A DNA stretch of 64,000 nt from an uncultured Gemmatimonadaceae bacterium (GCA_963740355.1 CAVUDW010000003.1:2518085-2582084), one strand, 5' to 3'. Positions 52,819 through 63,748 are shown, counted from the stretch's first letter. Notes: generated from the letters alone by a model not told the origin. Numbers and translations: made by a program.

Positions 52819-54281
52819 GGTGGTGTTGCCGCAGGCGCCAAAGTCACCACGATTGCAGCCTGCCCCGGTCGACGGTACAGCGCCGCCGCCGCTTCGGCCT
52901 CGGCCCACGTCGTGTATCGGCCGGCACGCACGCGGAATGGTGCCACCACCCCTTCGACGCGCGCCGCGATCCCCTTGCCGCGCAGCACCGACGCGAACTG
53001 CTCGGCGCCCGGCTTGTCGTTGTAGGCGGCGAATTGAATCCCGAAGCGACCCGTGCCCGTCGGCGCGGTCTGCGGTGCAGCGACTGGTGCCGCCGGCTTC
53101 GGCGTTGTCGTCGGCGTGACGACTGGCGGTGCGACAGGCTTCGGCGTGGGCGCAGTGTCTCGCTTCAGAACGACGGGTGCCGCAACAACCGGCTTCGGCG
53201 TCGGCGCCGTGTCACGCTTGACCACCGTCACCGGCGCGACCGGTTTCGGAGTCGGTGCCGTATCGCGGCGCACGACTGGTGCTGCCACGACCGGCTTCGG
53301 CGTCGGCGCTGTATCGCGTTTCACGACGACAGGTGCCGTGACAGCTGGCTTCGTTGCTGGCGCCGAGTCGCGTTTCACGACGACTGGCGGCGCAACGACA
53401 GGTGTCGGCGACGTATCGCGATGCACCACGGCCGGCGGTGCAACCACTGGCTTCGGCGTCGGTGCCGTATCGCGCTTGACCACGGGTGCGACAATCACCG
53501 GCACCACTGGCTTGGCGGCGACGACAGTGTCGCGACGAACCGGCGTCGGCGTGACCGGCTTCGCTGCGACCACTGTATCACGTCGCGCAGGCCGGCGACC
53601 ACCAGCGGCTGGAGCGACCGTCGGCGCCGAGGCGACGACTTCCTTTCCGGCACGCAGGATCCCCATCGGCGGCGGCTCACGCTGCGCCATCACGGCGATC
53701 GCGGTTGGACACTTGGCGCCCATGGTTTCGGACTGGTCGCGCACATCACGCTCATTGGGGCCGGCCGAAGCAAATGCCGCGGCGAGCAGCTCGCAGCCAC
53801 GCGCCATGTCGCCCGATTCCATTCGCAGCCGGCCGGCCATCAAGCTCGCCCGAGAACGCACCGGCGAGGTGCCATGATCGCGCAGCAGGCGATCGAGATG
53901 CTGCAGGGCACCGTAACGGTTGTTGCGCGCACTTTCGAGCAGTGCGAGGCGCATCAACGCGTCAGGCACGCGATTGGCGAACTTGAATTCGTTCACGATG
54001 CGGCGGTAATCGCGCTCCGCCTCCGCAGCACTGGGCGCGATCGACGCTTTCGCGAACAACGCTTCCGGCATCACCGCCGCACCGGCAGGCAGTGTGATCA
54101 CGAGTGAATCGACGAGCGCGCGCGCAGAAACGATGTCGCTCGATGTATACCGTCGAACGCGGACCAGCACCTCTTCCGCCTTCACCGTGGTCATCGAATC
54201 GGCGTTCTGCGCCTGGGCGGTGGTGCCAAGCAATGACGCGGCGCTGACGGCAGCGAGGAGCACTCGTGTCGACTTAAGCAC
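52815..54281 (-). CDS. Secreted TPR + Pro/Val-rich repeat linker + SPOR domain protein
   Basis: Signal peptide, TPR-like helices, nine [KRH]RD[TS] repeats and C-terminal GIQFAAY...FRVRAGRY. Confidence 0.8.
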   Translation of the reverse strand: MLKSTRVLLAAVSAASLLGTTAQAQNADSMTTVKAEEVLVRVRRYTSSDIVSARALVDSLVITLPAGAAVMPEALFAKASIAPSAAEAERDYRRIVNEFKFANRVPDALMRLALLESARNNRYGALQHLDRLLRDHGTSPVRSRASLMAGRLRMESGDMARGCELLAAAFASAGPNERDVRDQSETMGAKCPTAIAVMAQREPPPMGILRAGKEVVASAPTVAPAAGGRRPARRDTVVAAKPVTPTPVRRDTVVAAKPVVPVIVAPVVKRDTAPTPKPVVAPPAVVHRDTSPTPVVAPPVVVKRDSAPATKPAVTAPVVVKRDTAPTPKPVVAAPVVRRDTAPTPKPVAPVTVVKRDTAPTPKPVVAAPVVLKRDTAPTPKPVAPPVVTPTTTPKPAAPVAAPQTAPTGTGRFGIQFAAYNDKPGAEQFASVLRGKGIAARVEGVVAPFRVRAGRYTTWAEAEAAAALYRRPGQAAIVVTLAPAATPP

Positions 54282-55329
54282 GCCGCTGCTCCGACGACGT
54301 GCACAGCTCCAGCACCAGCGACGACAGCACCTGCTCATCGTTCGAGGCACGGGTGTCCTTCAGCCGCTCGTCGGCGCGCAGAATCGCACGCATCCCCAGC
54401 TCGGCGTCGGCGACGGTCCACTTGGGCACGAATTTGGTCCACGCGGCAGTCGCTTCACCCCACGGACGGCCAGGAAAGGCCCCGGTGCGCTTGAGCAAAT
54501 CGAAATACTCCTTGGCCAGCCGGTTGAGCGGGACACCCTTCGCACGTTGCGCAGCGCCCCAGCCAAGTGCAGCGGTCTGGGTGGAGAGCGCCATCGCAAT
54601 TCCAACGCCGGTGGTCTTCGGCAATGCCAGCACCGGTCCGACCAGCGCCACTGCCTGTGTCACATCGCGACCGGCGACGGCGTCCAGCAGATCGCTCGAC
54701 GTCTCGCCATGCCGAATGCCGACGACTGCCTCGATGACACTCTTGTCGATCGTGCCACCGAGCACGTAGCTGGCTGCCTTGTCGAGCTCCATCATCAACG
54801 TGCCAGCGTCATCACCCACGGCACTCTGCAGCAACGCGACGGCGTCCGGCGTGATCTGCGCCCCGAAACGTTCTGACGTCTGCTTCACGATCCACTTCGA
54901 CAGCTCTTCGCCGCTGACAGCGTTTACCTGCAGGCTGAAACAGCGATTCACCAGCGACGCTTCCGGCTTCACCCCGGCCGGGACGGTCAGCGCCAGCACG
55001 ACGTCGGACAGCGGCTTCGCGAGATAGCGATCGAGCGCAGCGCGTGCGGGCTTCTTCATGCCGCTCACGTCTCGAATCACGACAACGCGCCGGTCGGCCA
55101 TCATCGGCGGAGTCCCCAGCAGCGTCCCGACGGCATCTGCATCGAGTTCGGCACCGCGCAGCTGATCGAGGTTGAAATCGCGCGACGCAGGATCGACGGC
55201 ACCACGCAACAGCTCACGCAGAGCGGCGTCCTTCCGCCATTCGTCGTCTCCCCAGAAGAGGTACGCCGGTGCGAAAGCCCGTTCCTTGATCTGCGTCATG
55301 AACTGGCGAGTGATGTCCTTCGACGACAT
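54274..55329 (-). CDS. holA: DNA polymerase III subunit delta
   Basis: PAYLFWGDD, FNLD, PMMADRRVVVIRD and MELDK. Confidence 0.9.
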   Translation of the reverse strand: MSSKDITRQFMTQIKERAFAPAYLFWGDDEWRKDAALRELLRGAVDPASRDFNLDQLRGAELDADAVGTLLGTPPMMADRRVVVIRDVSGMKKPARAALDRYLAKPLSDVVLALTVPAGVKPEASLVNRCFSLQVNAVSGEELSKWIVKQTSERFGAQITPDAVALLQSAVGDDAGTLMMELDKAASYVLGGTIDKSVIEAVVGIRHGETSSDLLDAVAGRDVTQAVALVGPVLALPKTTGVGIAMALSTQTAALGWGAAQRAKGVPLNRLAKEYFDLLKRTGAFPGRPWGEATAAWTKFVPKWTVADAELGMRAILRADERLKDTRASNDEQVLSSLVLELCTSSEQRRA

Positions 55330-55456
55330 ACGTCGAATATAGCCCGTGAGGGCTCATGGCCCTTCGGTGCGCGCCTGGCAGATGATTGTCGTTTCCGTCC
55401 CGTGCCCACGTCCTGCGGATTACTCGTCCCCGCGCTGCGACCTGCCAGCCTTGGTC

Positions 55457-56176
55457 CTAACGACGAGTATGCATCACGGACACGGGGAGCACGTCACCGA
55501 ATTCCATCGCGGCGAAGCGATTTGCCGCATGGGCCGCCATCTGGGCCGTCGGCCAGAGCGGAGCGGTCGCAGCGACCGAGGTCGCGGTCACGTCGCCCAT
55601 GCCGGCCTTGTCGGCACCGTCGAGGAGCGGGTCGTCGGACAGCGGGAGCAGCGCACCGCCAACGGGACGCATCGGGCGCAGCACCACGATGTTGCCGCTG
55701 GAGATGCCGGAGGTGGCCGACATCGCCGACGCCGGCAGGAACGACATCGCGTCTTCCATCGAGAAGCTGGCCGAATCAGCGCCGCCGGTCATGGCGGACA
55801 GGCTGCCACTCCGGATCACAGTGCCTCGCACGACCAACGATCCGCCGACCACCGCGGCCACCGCGGCCGCCCGTCGCATCCAGGTCATGTTGCCGCCGGC
55901 GAACACGGTGCGGCGTTCGGCGTGCGAGGGCTTGGTTTCGGCGATCCGGCTGCGGCGCTCTTCGGCGATCCGAGCAGCGAGGCGGGCCGAAAAGTCCGAC
56001 GAGACTTCGAGCTGGGGCGCGTTACGCGCCACCATCAGGGCTCGGCGGGCCAACGTGTCGAATCGGGAGCAGGGGGCGCAGTCAGCCAGATGGCCGGCGA
56101 GTCGGTCACTCTCTCGCGGGTCGAGCATGTCGTCGACCCAATCCCCGTGATGCTCTCTGAATGCGCGGCAATCCAT
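55457..56176 (-). CDS. zf-HC2 anti-sigma factor
   Basis: MDC...HLADCAPC followed by a TM segment. Lies downstream of the ECF sigma. Confidence 0.85.
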   Translation of the reverse strand: MDCRAFREHHGDWVDDMLDPRESDRLAGHLADCAPCSRFDTLARRALMVARNAPQLEVSSDFSARLAARIAEERRSRIAETKPSHAERRTVFAGGNMTWMRRAAAVAAVVGGSLVVRGTVIRSGSLSAMTGGADSASFSMEDAMSFLPASAMSATSGISSGNIVVLRPMRPVGGALLPLSDDPLLDGADKAGMGDVTATSVAATAPLWPTAQMAAHAANRFAAMEFGDVLPVSVMHTRR

Positions 56177-56364
56177 ATGTGAACGACTTTACCCACCCAC
56201 ACCCCACCAGTTCCAGAGGGGTGGCTGAATCGGCCGATATTGGGCCGCGATAGCGCGACCAGTTTGCGGTGAAAGAGATCGCCCCCGGAAGCGAACTCCC
56301 GGGGGCGATCAGATGGTACGGGTGCTCTTTGCGGGCTGCCGTCGGGCGGCCCCACGGCAGGCTT

Positions 56365-57036
56365 CTACCTGAGCGCGGGAGCGATCCGCTCCGCAAAGCT
56401 GGCCCGTGCCCGGTTCAGGCGTGACTTCACCGTGCCGAGGTTGACGCCGGTGATTTCGGCGATCTCCTCGTAGCTCTTGCCCTCGAGTTCACGCAGCACG
56501 AACACCTCGCGGTGATGGGCCGGCAACGTCCCCACGACTTCCTCGACGGCTTCCTGCAGGTAGCGCTTGTGGTACGCGTCGTCGGGACGGGCGGCCACAT
56601 CCTCGAAATCGAGAGGGCGCTCTTCATCGTCGGCAAACTTGTCGCGCACGGACTGGAACAGCACCAGCGGGTTCCGGCTGCGGTTCCGCAGCTCGTTCTT
56701 CGCCAGGTTGGAGGCAATGGTGTAAATCCACGTGCTGAACTTCTTCGAGGCGTCGAAGCGATGGAGGTGGCGATAGACGCGGATGAAGACTTCCTGAACG
56801 AGGTCTTCCGCCTTCTCGCGATCACCGATCGTCCGATAGATGAAGTTCAAAAGCCGAGTCTGGTAGCGTTCGACCAGCAACTCAAACGCCATCTCCTCGC
56901 CAGCGAGGAAGGCAGCCACGACATCGGCATCCTCCGCCGCACGCATCCTCTCACGACGCGTCGGTGCCGGAGCAACAGGCTCGGCCTTGGACGTGTGGAG
57001 GGACAGGACTCCGGTGTTTCGTGCGAGTTCGGCCAT
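56365..57036 (-). CDS. ECF sigma-70 factor
   Basis: AEDLVQEVF, FSTWIYTIA and GTVKSRLNRAR. Confidence 0.93.
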   Translation of the reverse strand: MAELARNTGVLSLHTSKAEPVAPAPTRRERMRAAEDADVVAAFLAGEEMAFELLVERYQTRLLNFIYRTIGDREKAEDLVQEVFIRVYRHLHRFDASKKFSTWIYTIASNLAKNELRNRSRNPLVLFQSVRDKFADDEERPLDFEDVAARPDDAYHKRYLQEAVEEVVGTLPAHHREVFVLRELEGKSYEEIAEITGVNLGTVKSRLNRARASFAERIAPALR

Positions 57037-57370
57037 CTGGATCTCCCGGCTATAAGTGCGTCATCGATCCGTCCAGTCATCCTGACCGATCCGTCCGATG
57101 TTCCCATACCACTACGGCACGTGACGTGCCGCGGATTGTTCCAACGGTTCCATCTTCGTAACTCCAGACACTTGAATGGTTTACACCCCCCATTCGAAAA
57201 GCGTTGGAACTTCGGGTCTCAGTTTGAGGACACTCGAGCCGCCATTCTGGCCTGCCAATAGGACACTCCAGCGGTCTCTGCAATTCCTTATTCTGTCAGT
57301 CTCTACCGTCGCTTTTGTTGCTGAGTACGTCAGCTATTGCGACTCGCGCGCGGTAATTGACGCAGGCGCA

Positions 57371-57818
57371 TGGACGCCTTTGGCGGCGGTGGTCCACACG
57401 GTCAAACCCGCGGAGCCGCGGGGGACGCGGAGGCGCGGAGGAGGGCCCCGACGCCTTCGGCGGCGGAGGGGTCCACACCGGGCGGAAGGGCAACGGCAAC
57501 TGCTTTTTGGGGGGTCGGCCCGCGCGGCAACGTTGCTGTGATTGCTTTGTGCTACTTGGAGACGGGGGTGGCGACCGCGAGCGCAGTTCCCCTGCAGTTC
57601 ATCCTCCAAGCCCAAGCATGCGCTGGCTGCCGCGCGCGAAAGCTCCGCGGCTCCGCGGTTCTCCGCGCCTCCGCGTGAGGAAGTGTGGACCGCTAGGCGA
57701 AAGCGCAGCGTCGCGGCGGGAGGTCGCGGGCGGGAGGCAGAACTGGCCGTGGGCTTGGAGGAGGATCGCGGCGTGAGGACGTGTGGACCGCCAGGCGAAA
57801 GCGCAGCGTCGCGGCGGG
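57371..57818. repeat. Modular palindromic repeat copy E with a duplicated terminal module
   Basis: Full element, then a second GTGTGGACCGC.AGGCGAAAGCGCAGCGTCGCGGCGGGA. Confidence 0.9.
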
Positions 57819-57967
57819 AAGGCACGGCGGCGGCGGTGCGCGCGGAGGGAACGAAGCCTTTGAGGAGGGCTTCTTTTGCAGAGAGTAAGTTCTGTTCCGC
57901 TCCATGTGCGCTCATTCGCAGTGTTCTGCTCCAGGGCAAAACAGGTGTGCGAGGAAATCGGCAACGC

Positions 57968-58507
57968 ATGACGACACCGTCTCGACACCAAGGCAGTTCG
58001 CGAAGCGCGTTTTCACTCAAGGCGTTCGGCCTCGCCCTCCTCGTCGGCCTGCCCACAACTGTCGTCGCACAAGTCCTCGACAGCACCAGCGTCGCCACGA
58101 CCATCCACGCGCTCGAGCGTGACTGGGCGGCTGCTCTCGTCGTGCACGACACCGTCCGACTGCGCCGTATCATCGCACCGGAATTCGCCTTCATGCGCGC
58201 GGGTGCGGGCGCAACACTTCGGACGCGTGTGCAATGGTTCAGCGACCTGACGCGAAGCCACGCGACCGCGTTTTCCGTAGGTCCGGTCACTGTGCGAGTG
58301 TTCGCGCGCCGACCACCGTGGCATGTGTGGGCCGACATGGCGATCAGCACCTTTCTCGCGGAGGAGCGCACGGTCGCTGACGGGAGTGAACGGCGAGTGA
58401 CCGTGTTCGTGACGGATGTGTGGCGCCTCAATGGCGCACGCTGGCAGGCCGTCGCACGATACGAGACGGTGCCCGCCGACGACGCGGTCAGGCGTGGAGC
58501 GCCGTGA
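57968..58507 (+). CDS. Secreted NTF2-like (DUF4440) protein
   Basis: Signal peptide, LERDWAAA and TDVW....ARWQAV. Confidence 0.7.
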   Translation: MTTPSRHQGSSRSAFSLKAFGLALLVGLPTTVVAQVLDSTSVATTIHALERDWAAALVVHDTVRLRRIIAPEFAFMRAGAGATLRTRVQWFSDLTRSHATAFSVGPVTVRVFARRPPWHVWADMAISTFLAEERTVADGSERRVTVFVTDVWRLNGARWQAVARYETVPADDAVRRGAP

Positions 58508-60274
58508 TGACGACGAGGACGAGTGAAAGGCGCTCTGCGGAGCGTAGTGCCGATCAGGGGCACGACATCACCGCGCCGCGTCGTGTCGCTGCGGAATTCC
58601 GCATGGGCGCGGGCGCCGCGCAGGGCCTCGCCACCGATCAACTCGAGGAGGAACTCCGCTCGCGACTCCGGCTGATGGCCGCCATCTGGGCCGGCGTCAC
58701 CGCAACCCTCTCGGTCACCGGCTTCGCCGCGCACTGGGAACGCATCGCGGCGCACCCCATGCTCGCGCTGACCGCACCGCCGTTGCCAGGCCTGCTCTTT
58801 CTCCTGGTCCTGTTCATCGCACGAATCGGTGTCGTGCTCGGACCCGGACGCCGCGCGATCGGACTGCGCGGGTTACGCAGGATCGAGTGGCTGTTCGTCG
58901 CGATGAGCGGCGGCTTCTTCGTTCTGAACCAGACCATCAGCCTGCGCGACGGACTCGCCTACGACATTCGCGACAATCCGATGGACCTGGGCGCTGGATT
59001 CGGCGCGCCGTGGAGCGTGTTCATCATCGCGTTCGCCGTGCTCGCGCCCAGCAGCCTGCGGCATTCCGTGACCCGCACCGCGGTCCTCGCCGTTTGCGCA
59101 TTCATTCCCGAGGTGCTCACGCTGCCGCAGACGACGGGCCTGACTCCGCAGGCCCTCACCTTCCTCGCGATCAAGGCCATGAGCGTATCCTCGATGAGCG
59201 CGCTGGCGATCTATGGCACGTACCGCGTCGCTGAGCTGCGCCGCGATGCACAGGAGGCGCGTCAGCTCGGACAGTACGTGTTGCTGCGTGAGCTCGGCTC
59301 GGGCGGCATGGGCGCCGTCTACCTTGCGGAGCACCAGTTCCTGCGTCGCGCGTGCGCCGTGAAGCTGATTCATCCCGAGCAGGCAGACGACGAAGCGACG
59401 CTGGCCCGCTTCGAGCGCGAAGTGCGCGCCGCTGCGCGACTGACGCACCCCAACACCGTCCAGATCTACGATTACGGACGCGCCGACAACGGCACCTTCT
59501 ACTATGCGATGGAATACCTCCCCGGCGTGTCGCTGGAGGACCTCGTCGAGGCGTACGGCCCGCTCGACGCCAGCGCGGACTGTTCGCGTGCTGGTGCAGT
59601 TGTGCGGCGCACTACGCGAGGCGCACGCCATTGGCTTCGTGCACCGCGACATCAAGCCCGGCAACGTGATGCTGTGCGAGCGCGGCGGAATTTATGATGT
59701 CGCCAAGCTCCTTGACTATGGACTCGTGTCGGTCGTGCGGTCGACCGAGACCGACTCGAAAATCACGCAGGCGGGAATGATCGTTGGCACACCGGCCTTC
59801 ATGTCACCCGAGCAGTGTTCGGAGGATTCCGAACTGACCGGCGCCAGCGACATCTACAGCCTCGGTGCAGTCGGCCACTTCCTGCTCACCGGCAAACCAC
59901 CGTTCGGCGGGCGTTCGGCGATGCAGATGCTGGCGGCGCACCTGTATGAAGTGCCGGCGCGCCTGTCGGATGTGCGGAGTGACGTGCCGACGGGGCTGTC
60001 GGATGTGCTGGCCAAGTGTCTGGAAAAGTCACCAACGGCGCGATTCGAGAACATGGAAGCGCTCGAAGGCGCACTCCTCGCGGTGGTGCTGCCGGACGCG
60101 TGGTCGGACGACGATGCTCGCGCGTGGTGGGCGGCGCATCAGCCGGAGGGTGAGGCGGCTGGAAGCGCAGATGACACGCGAAGCGTGGCGTCCCTGACGC
60201 GACATTTGGAATTATCGCCCCAGCGACATTTGAAAGTAGATAAAGCCTTGCTCCCGCGACATTTGGATTTCTAG
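58507..60274 (+). CDS. Membrane-bound Ser/Thr kinase with multi-TM N-terminus (one frameshift near 59570)
   Basis: LGSGGMGAVY, AVK, HRDIKPGN, DYG and GTPAFMSPE. Confidence 0.88.
60199..60267. repeat. Three direct repeats GCGACATTTG (possible transposon end)
   Basis: Copies start at 60199, 60223 and 60256 in an AT-richer patch. Confidence 0.7.
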
Positions 60275-60738
60275 GGCTCTGGGACGGGATGGCGCACCGC
60301 CCGGCCGTACGTCGGAGCTCCGTCATGCCAGCGAGGCGGACGCTTACAAAAACGTCTATGCCGATGCGGCTAGAGCGTACATCGCCGCCGGCATCGGATG
60401 TCCGGCCTGAGCGCACTGCACATGGATCCGCTCCTGCCCACTAGCTGCCAAGCAAGCTTCCAGCACGGCCGCGCGTTTCTCGGCGGGAATGGCGGGTCGC
60501 CCCGTCTATCGGAAATGCACTGCTGACACGTGCCGGAAGTCCGAGAGCTTCGCGGCAATGTGTGCCTCGCGCGGGGGCTATTAGCCAAATCTAAGGTAGC
60601 ATACGTCGCACGATGCGTTTAGCGAATTGCAGCGCGCCGCGGCCTAGGCGGGGACGGCAGATAGCGCGACCGAGTACCGTCGGGACGCCGAACCTGCTCG
60701 GCCGCGCCCGGACCCTACACTCGAGTCAGCGGGGGTGA

Positions 60739-61497
60739 TTGCCTCCGCACCTCCTCGCTGGCCAACGAGTTGCCTCGATGCCCTCGCTGCTTACCGCGCG
60801 CCGTCGCGCCCGTCCCCGCCCCCCTCGTGCCCTACCATTCCGAGGCGCCCTCGCGACCGATGCGTGCTTCATCGTCGGCGCGAGGGACGCGCGGTCTGTA
60901 CCCGATCAGGTCGCATACCTCACTGTCGATGCCGGAGGGGGTGTCAGTCTCGACACAGCCGACGTCGTGCCTGACGGCTTCGGGGTGCCTTGGTCATTCG
61001 AAGACGATGGCACCATCCGGATCCCCATCGGGCGCGCGCCAATGGAACTCGACTTGACTGCGGTTCGGCAGGCGCTTCGTCCCGGCACGCTGCTTAGTGA
61101 ATCGCTGCGCATCATCCGCCGGGATCGACGGGTCATCGTGGACCTGGACGGTGTCACGACCATCCTATGTTCCGACGAGGGACGTACCGCGTGCGCGCGT
61201 GCTGCACTGTGGACTGATACTATGGTCTGCCGCGAGGCGTTTTCGACTGGTCGCACCGTCCGCTTCGCGGACGATGTGCTGTCCCGCTCAATGTTCCGCC
61301 TGCATGGTGCGACCTCTCCGTCCGCGCTGCAGATCGTTGCCGCGAAAACGGTGCAGCGGTATGCAAAGGCGAAGACACGGTTGCTGGGTGTCCTGCCGTG
61401 GCTGCAGGCACACGTCGGGGGTGACAATTGCCAAGCCTGCAGCCAATCGCCAAGTGGCCACTGCAGAGTCTGCATTGATAGCACTTGCGATGCATAG
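60739..61497 (+). CDS. Hypothetical protein with C-terminal CxxC...CxxC (start uncertain)
   Basis: 252-aa ORF ending CQACSQSPSGHCRVC. Confidence 0.4.
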   Translation: MPPHLLAGQRVASMPSLLTARRRARPRPPRALPFRGALATDACFIVGARDARSVPDQVAYLTVDAGGGVSLDTADVVPDGFGVPWSFEDDGTIRIPIGRAPMELDLTAVRQALRPGTLLSESLRIIRRDRRVIVDLDGVTTILCSDEGRTACARAALWTDTMVCREAFSTGRTVRFADDVLSRSMFRLHGATSPSALQIVAAKTVQRYAKAKTRLLGVLPWLQAHVGGDNCQACSQSPSGHCRVCIDSTCDA

Positions 61498-61613
61498 CGC
61501 ATCGGCCGGTTAACTGGCCCGATCTCCACGCCCAGCCCAGCCCCCGATGTTCGTCCGGTACAACCTCCGAGCCTGCCGCTGCTCGACGAGCCCTGTTCAC
61601 TACCACCGGCGCC

Positions 61614-62392
61614 CTACTGGAGCAGAAGTTTCTCCGCCAACTGTTCGCGGATTCGCTTGGACCCAAGATCGGTGAGCCGATAGCGACTGTTCGCTAGGCA
61701 GATCACCTGCCGCACCTTGCGTGACTGGAGCTGCTGGAGCGCCTCGGTGATCCGGGGCGCGGCGGCGAGGCAGTGCCGGCCCAGTTCCGCCCGCGAGAAG
61801 CCCTCCTCGCCCGCGTAGTGGAGCAGGACCAGCACCTCCTCCTCGGCAAGTCGGTGCGCTGCACGAGCAGCACATCCTGGAAAACTCCGACGCACGGAAC
61901 GTCGAACTGGAGGAGCTCGCGGATGGCCTTCGCGACCCGCTCCCGGTCGCCGCCCCAAAAAATGCGGAGCGTCTCCATCATCGCCCAGCGCACGGCCTCG
62001 ATGACGTACTTCGCGTCCATGTGGTTCGGCGAGTAGGACGGCGAGATGTGCACCGCGCCGCGCTGGCTCCGGAACTTGTAGACCGTGCGGAGCACCCGGG
62101 CCAGGCGCAGCGCGTCCCGCCGGGCCAAGGCGTGCGAGTTCGGCTCGTGCTCGATGTACTTCAAGCAGTCGTCGAGCTCTTTGGCCTGATTCAGGTTGCC
62201 GGAATCCTGATGGTACAGGGCCCGCGCGAGAACCTCGCAGAACTGCCCCCCATCAAGCTCCGCCGGCTCCCAGTCCCGCTGAATGAACCGGCGCTCCATC
62301 GACACGAACTCGTCGACGAGCTGCGTGGCGAGCAGCTCGTCAAGCGGCGGCGAGATCCGGGCGATCAGCGTACGGCGCTCGACGAGTCCCAT
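61614..62392 (-). CDS. Putative HEPN-like + winged-helix protein, frameshifted near 61850
   Basis: GGQFCE and VYKFRSQRGAVH (R-X6-H). C-terminal YRLTDLG wHTH wing. Confidence 0.6.
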
Positions 62393-62395
62393 TGG

Positions 62396-63074
62396 CTACT
62401 CCTCGTCGTCCTCGGCGTCGTCTCCGTCCGCCCCGCCGGGGGTCAGCGCCTGGGCGACCAGTCCTTGCGCCTCGCGCCTGCCGGCCTCGGTCAGATACCA
62501 CGGGCTCGGGTCCATGGTGGTATCCGTCGAGACCAGGGCGTCCTCTGGGTCGTGCCTTCATCTTGCCGAGATCGCGCGCGACGTTCTGCACGATGATCTG
62601 CTTCGCCTCGCGGAACTGCTTGTTGAACGTCGCCGTGATCTGCTGTGCGGTGAGCTCCTGCGGTCCGCCCTGTTCGCCAACGGCGTACAGCAACCAGAGC
62701 GCCTTCTTGGCGGTACTCCACGTCTGACGCGGAATGCCGAACCGGGCGGCGTCGTGCGAGAAGGCCACTACGGCCTCGGCGGTGCCGGCCCCGGCCGGGG
62801 AGGCGGACGCGCCGTTCGACTTGCCACGCTTCTTCCCGCCGGTGCGCTTCCTCTGCGGCGTGGCCGCCGCCGGTGCCGAGGTCACGGACGGCGAGGCGGC
62901 GGCGAGGCGGCGGTCGGCGTCGATCACTTCGCCTTGGACCAATCCAGCGGCTGGCGCCAACATGCCCGAGAGCTGCTGGCCGAGGTTCCGAGAGATCTGC
63001 GGGATTTCTTCCCGGCTTCCTTCGATCTCAATCTCCAGTCCCGTGAGCTTGAACTTGATCTTGAACTTCGACAT
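62396..63074 (-). CDS. Hypothetical protein with C-terminal winged helix, frameshifted near 62550
   Basis: GGAGG RBS, MSKFKIKFKLTGLEIEIEGS, basic linker, NVARDL...WYLTEAG and acidic tail. Stop lies 3 bp before the next start. Confidence 0.7.
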
Positions 63075-63168
63075 CGCTCCTCCATGGGTGAGGTAGCGGC
63101 GACTGGCGTCCGAACCACGCAATCGCGTGAGCGCACCTGTCGTCAGAGGGTCATTCGCGAATGGCCGG

Positions 63169-63633
63169 ATGATCCAAAAATCTAGTCAGGCAGCTTACAT
63201 TTCGGTTCCTTCGCGCAGCATCGTCTTGAGCGCCAGCAAGGCCGCCCGCCACCGCCCGTCGCGGCTGACCGCAGTAATTTCGATTCGCAGGTCGGGCGAG
63301 CCAGACATCCCGCTTTCCGCGCGGTATCGGGCGGTGTTGCGTCTCGTCTTCGACGACGTATCGGAATTCGCAGAGCGCGTGCCTGGCACCTCGTCAAGCA
63401 TCTCTCAGGAGCAAGGGCGCGCCGTGGCCGCGTTCGTGCGGGAGCACGGATACGCTGACGCCCTGCTACTCCACTGCGCTGCTGGCGTCTCGCGATCCCG
63501 CAGCTTGGCCGCGGCGAACTGCGATGTTCGAGGCCTTCCGTATCGATGAACGGTCGTGAACAATCATGTCTATGGCCACGTGCGGTCCGCGATGCTCGCA
63601 CCGACGGACACGCACGACCCTCACGCGCCTTGA
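63169..63633 (+). pseudogene. Small tyrosine-phosphatase-like protein with in-frame TGA at 63547
   Basis: VISI, LRLVFDD and HCAAGVSRS. The frame continues ..YR*TVVNNHVY to a stop at 63633. Confidence 0.6.
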
Positions 63634-63748
63634 GAACCAGCGTCGTAAGCCGGCCGTGGCCAGCGGAGTGATCGCGCCCCCCCGATCATTTGGGGAGGGA
63701 ACTGCCAGGCGCTCCACCGCTCCGCGGCGATGCCGGCGGCTACGCCGC

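Noticed and set aside
57334..57960. Similar peptides (e.g. AATLRFRLAVHTSSRGGAE) in ORFs at several loci suggesting a protein family
   Set aside because: They are translations of the non-coding repeat in varying frames, without consistent starts or stops.
63547..63549. Selenocysteine or recoded TGA
   Set aside because: The position is not the catalytic Cys, no SECIS-like hairpin is evident, and other genes use TGA as stop.
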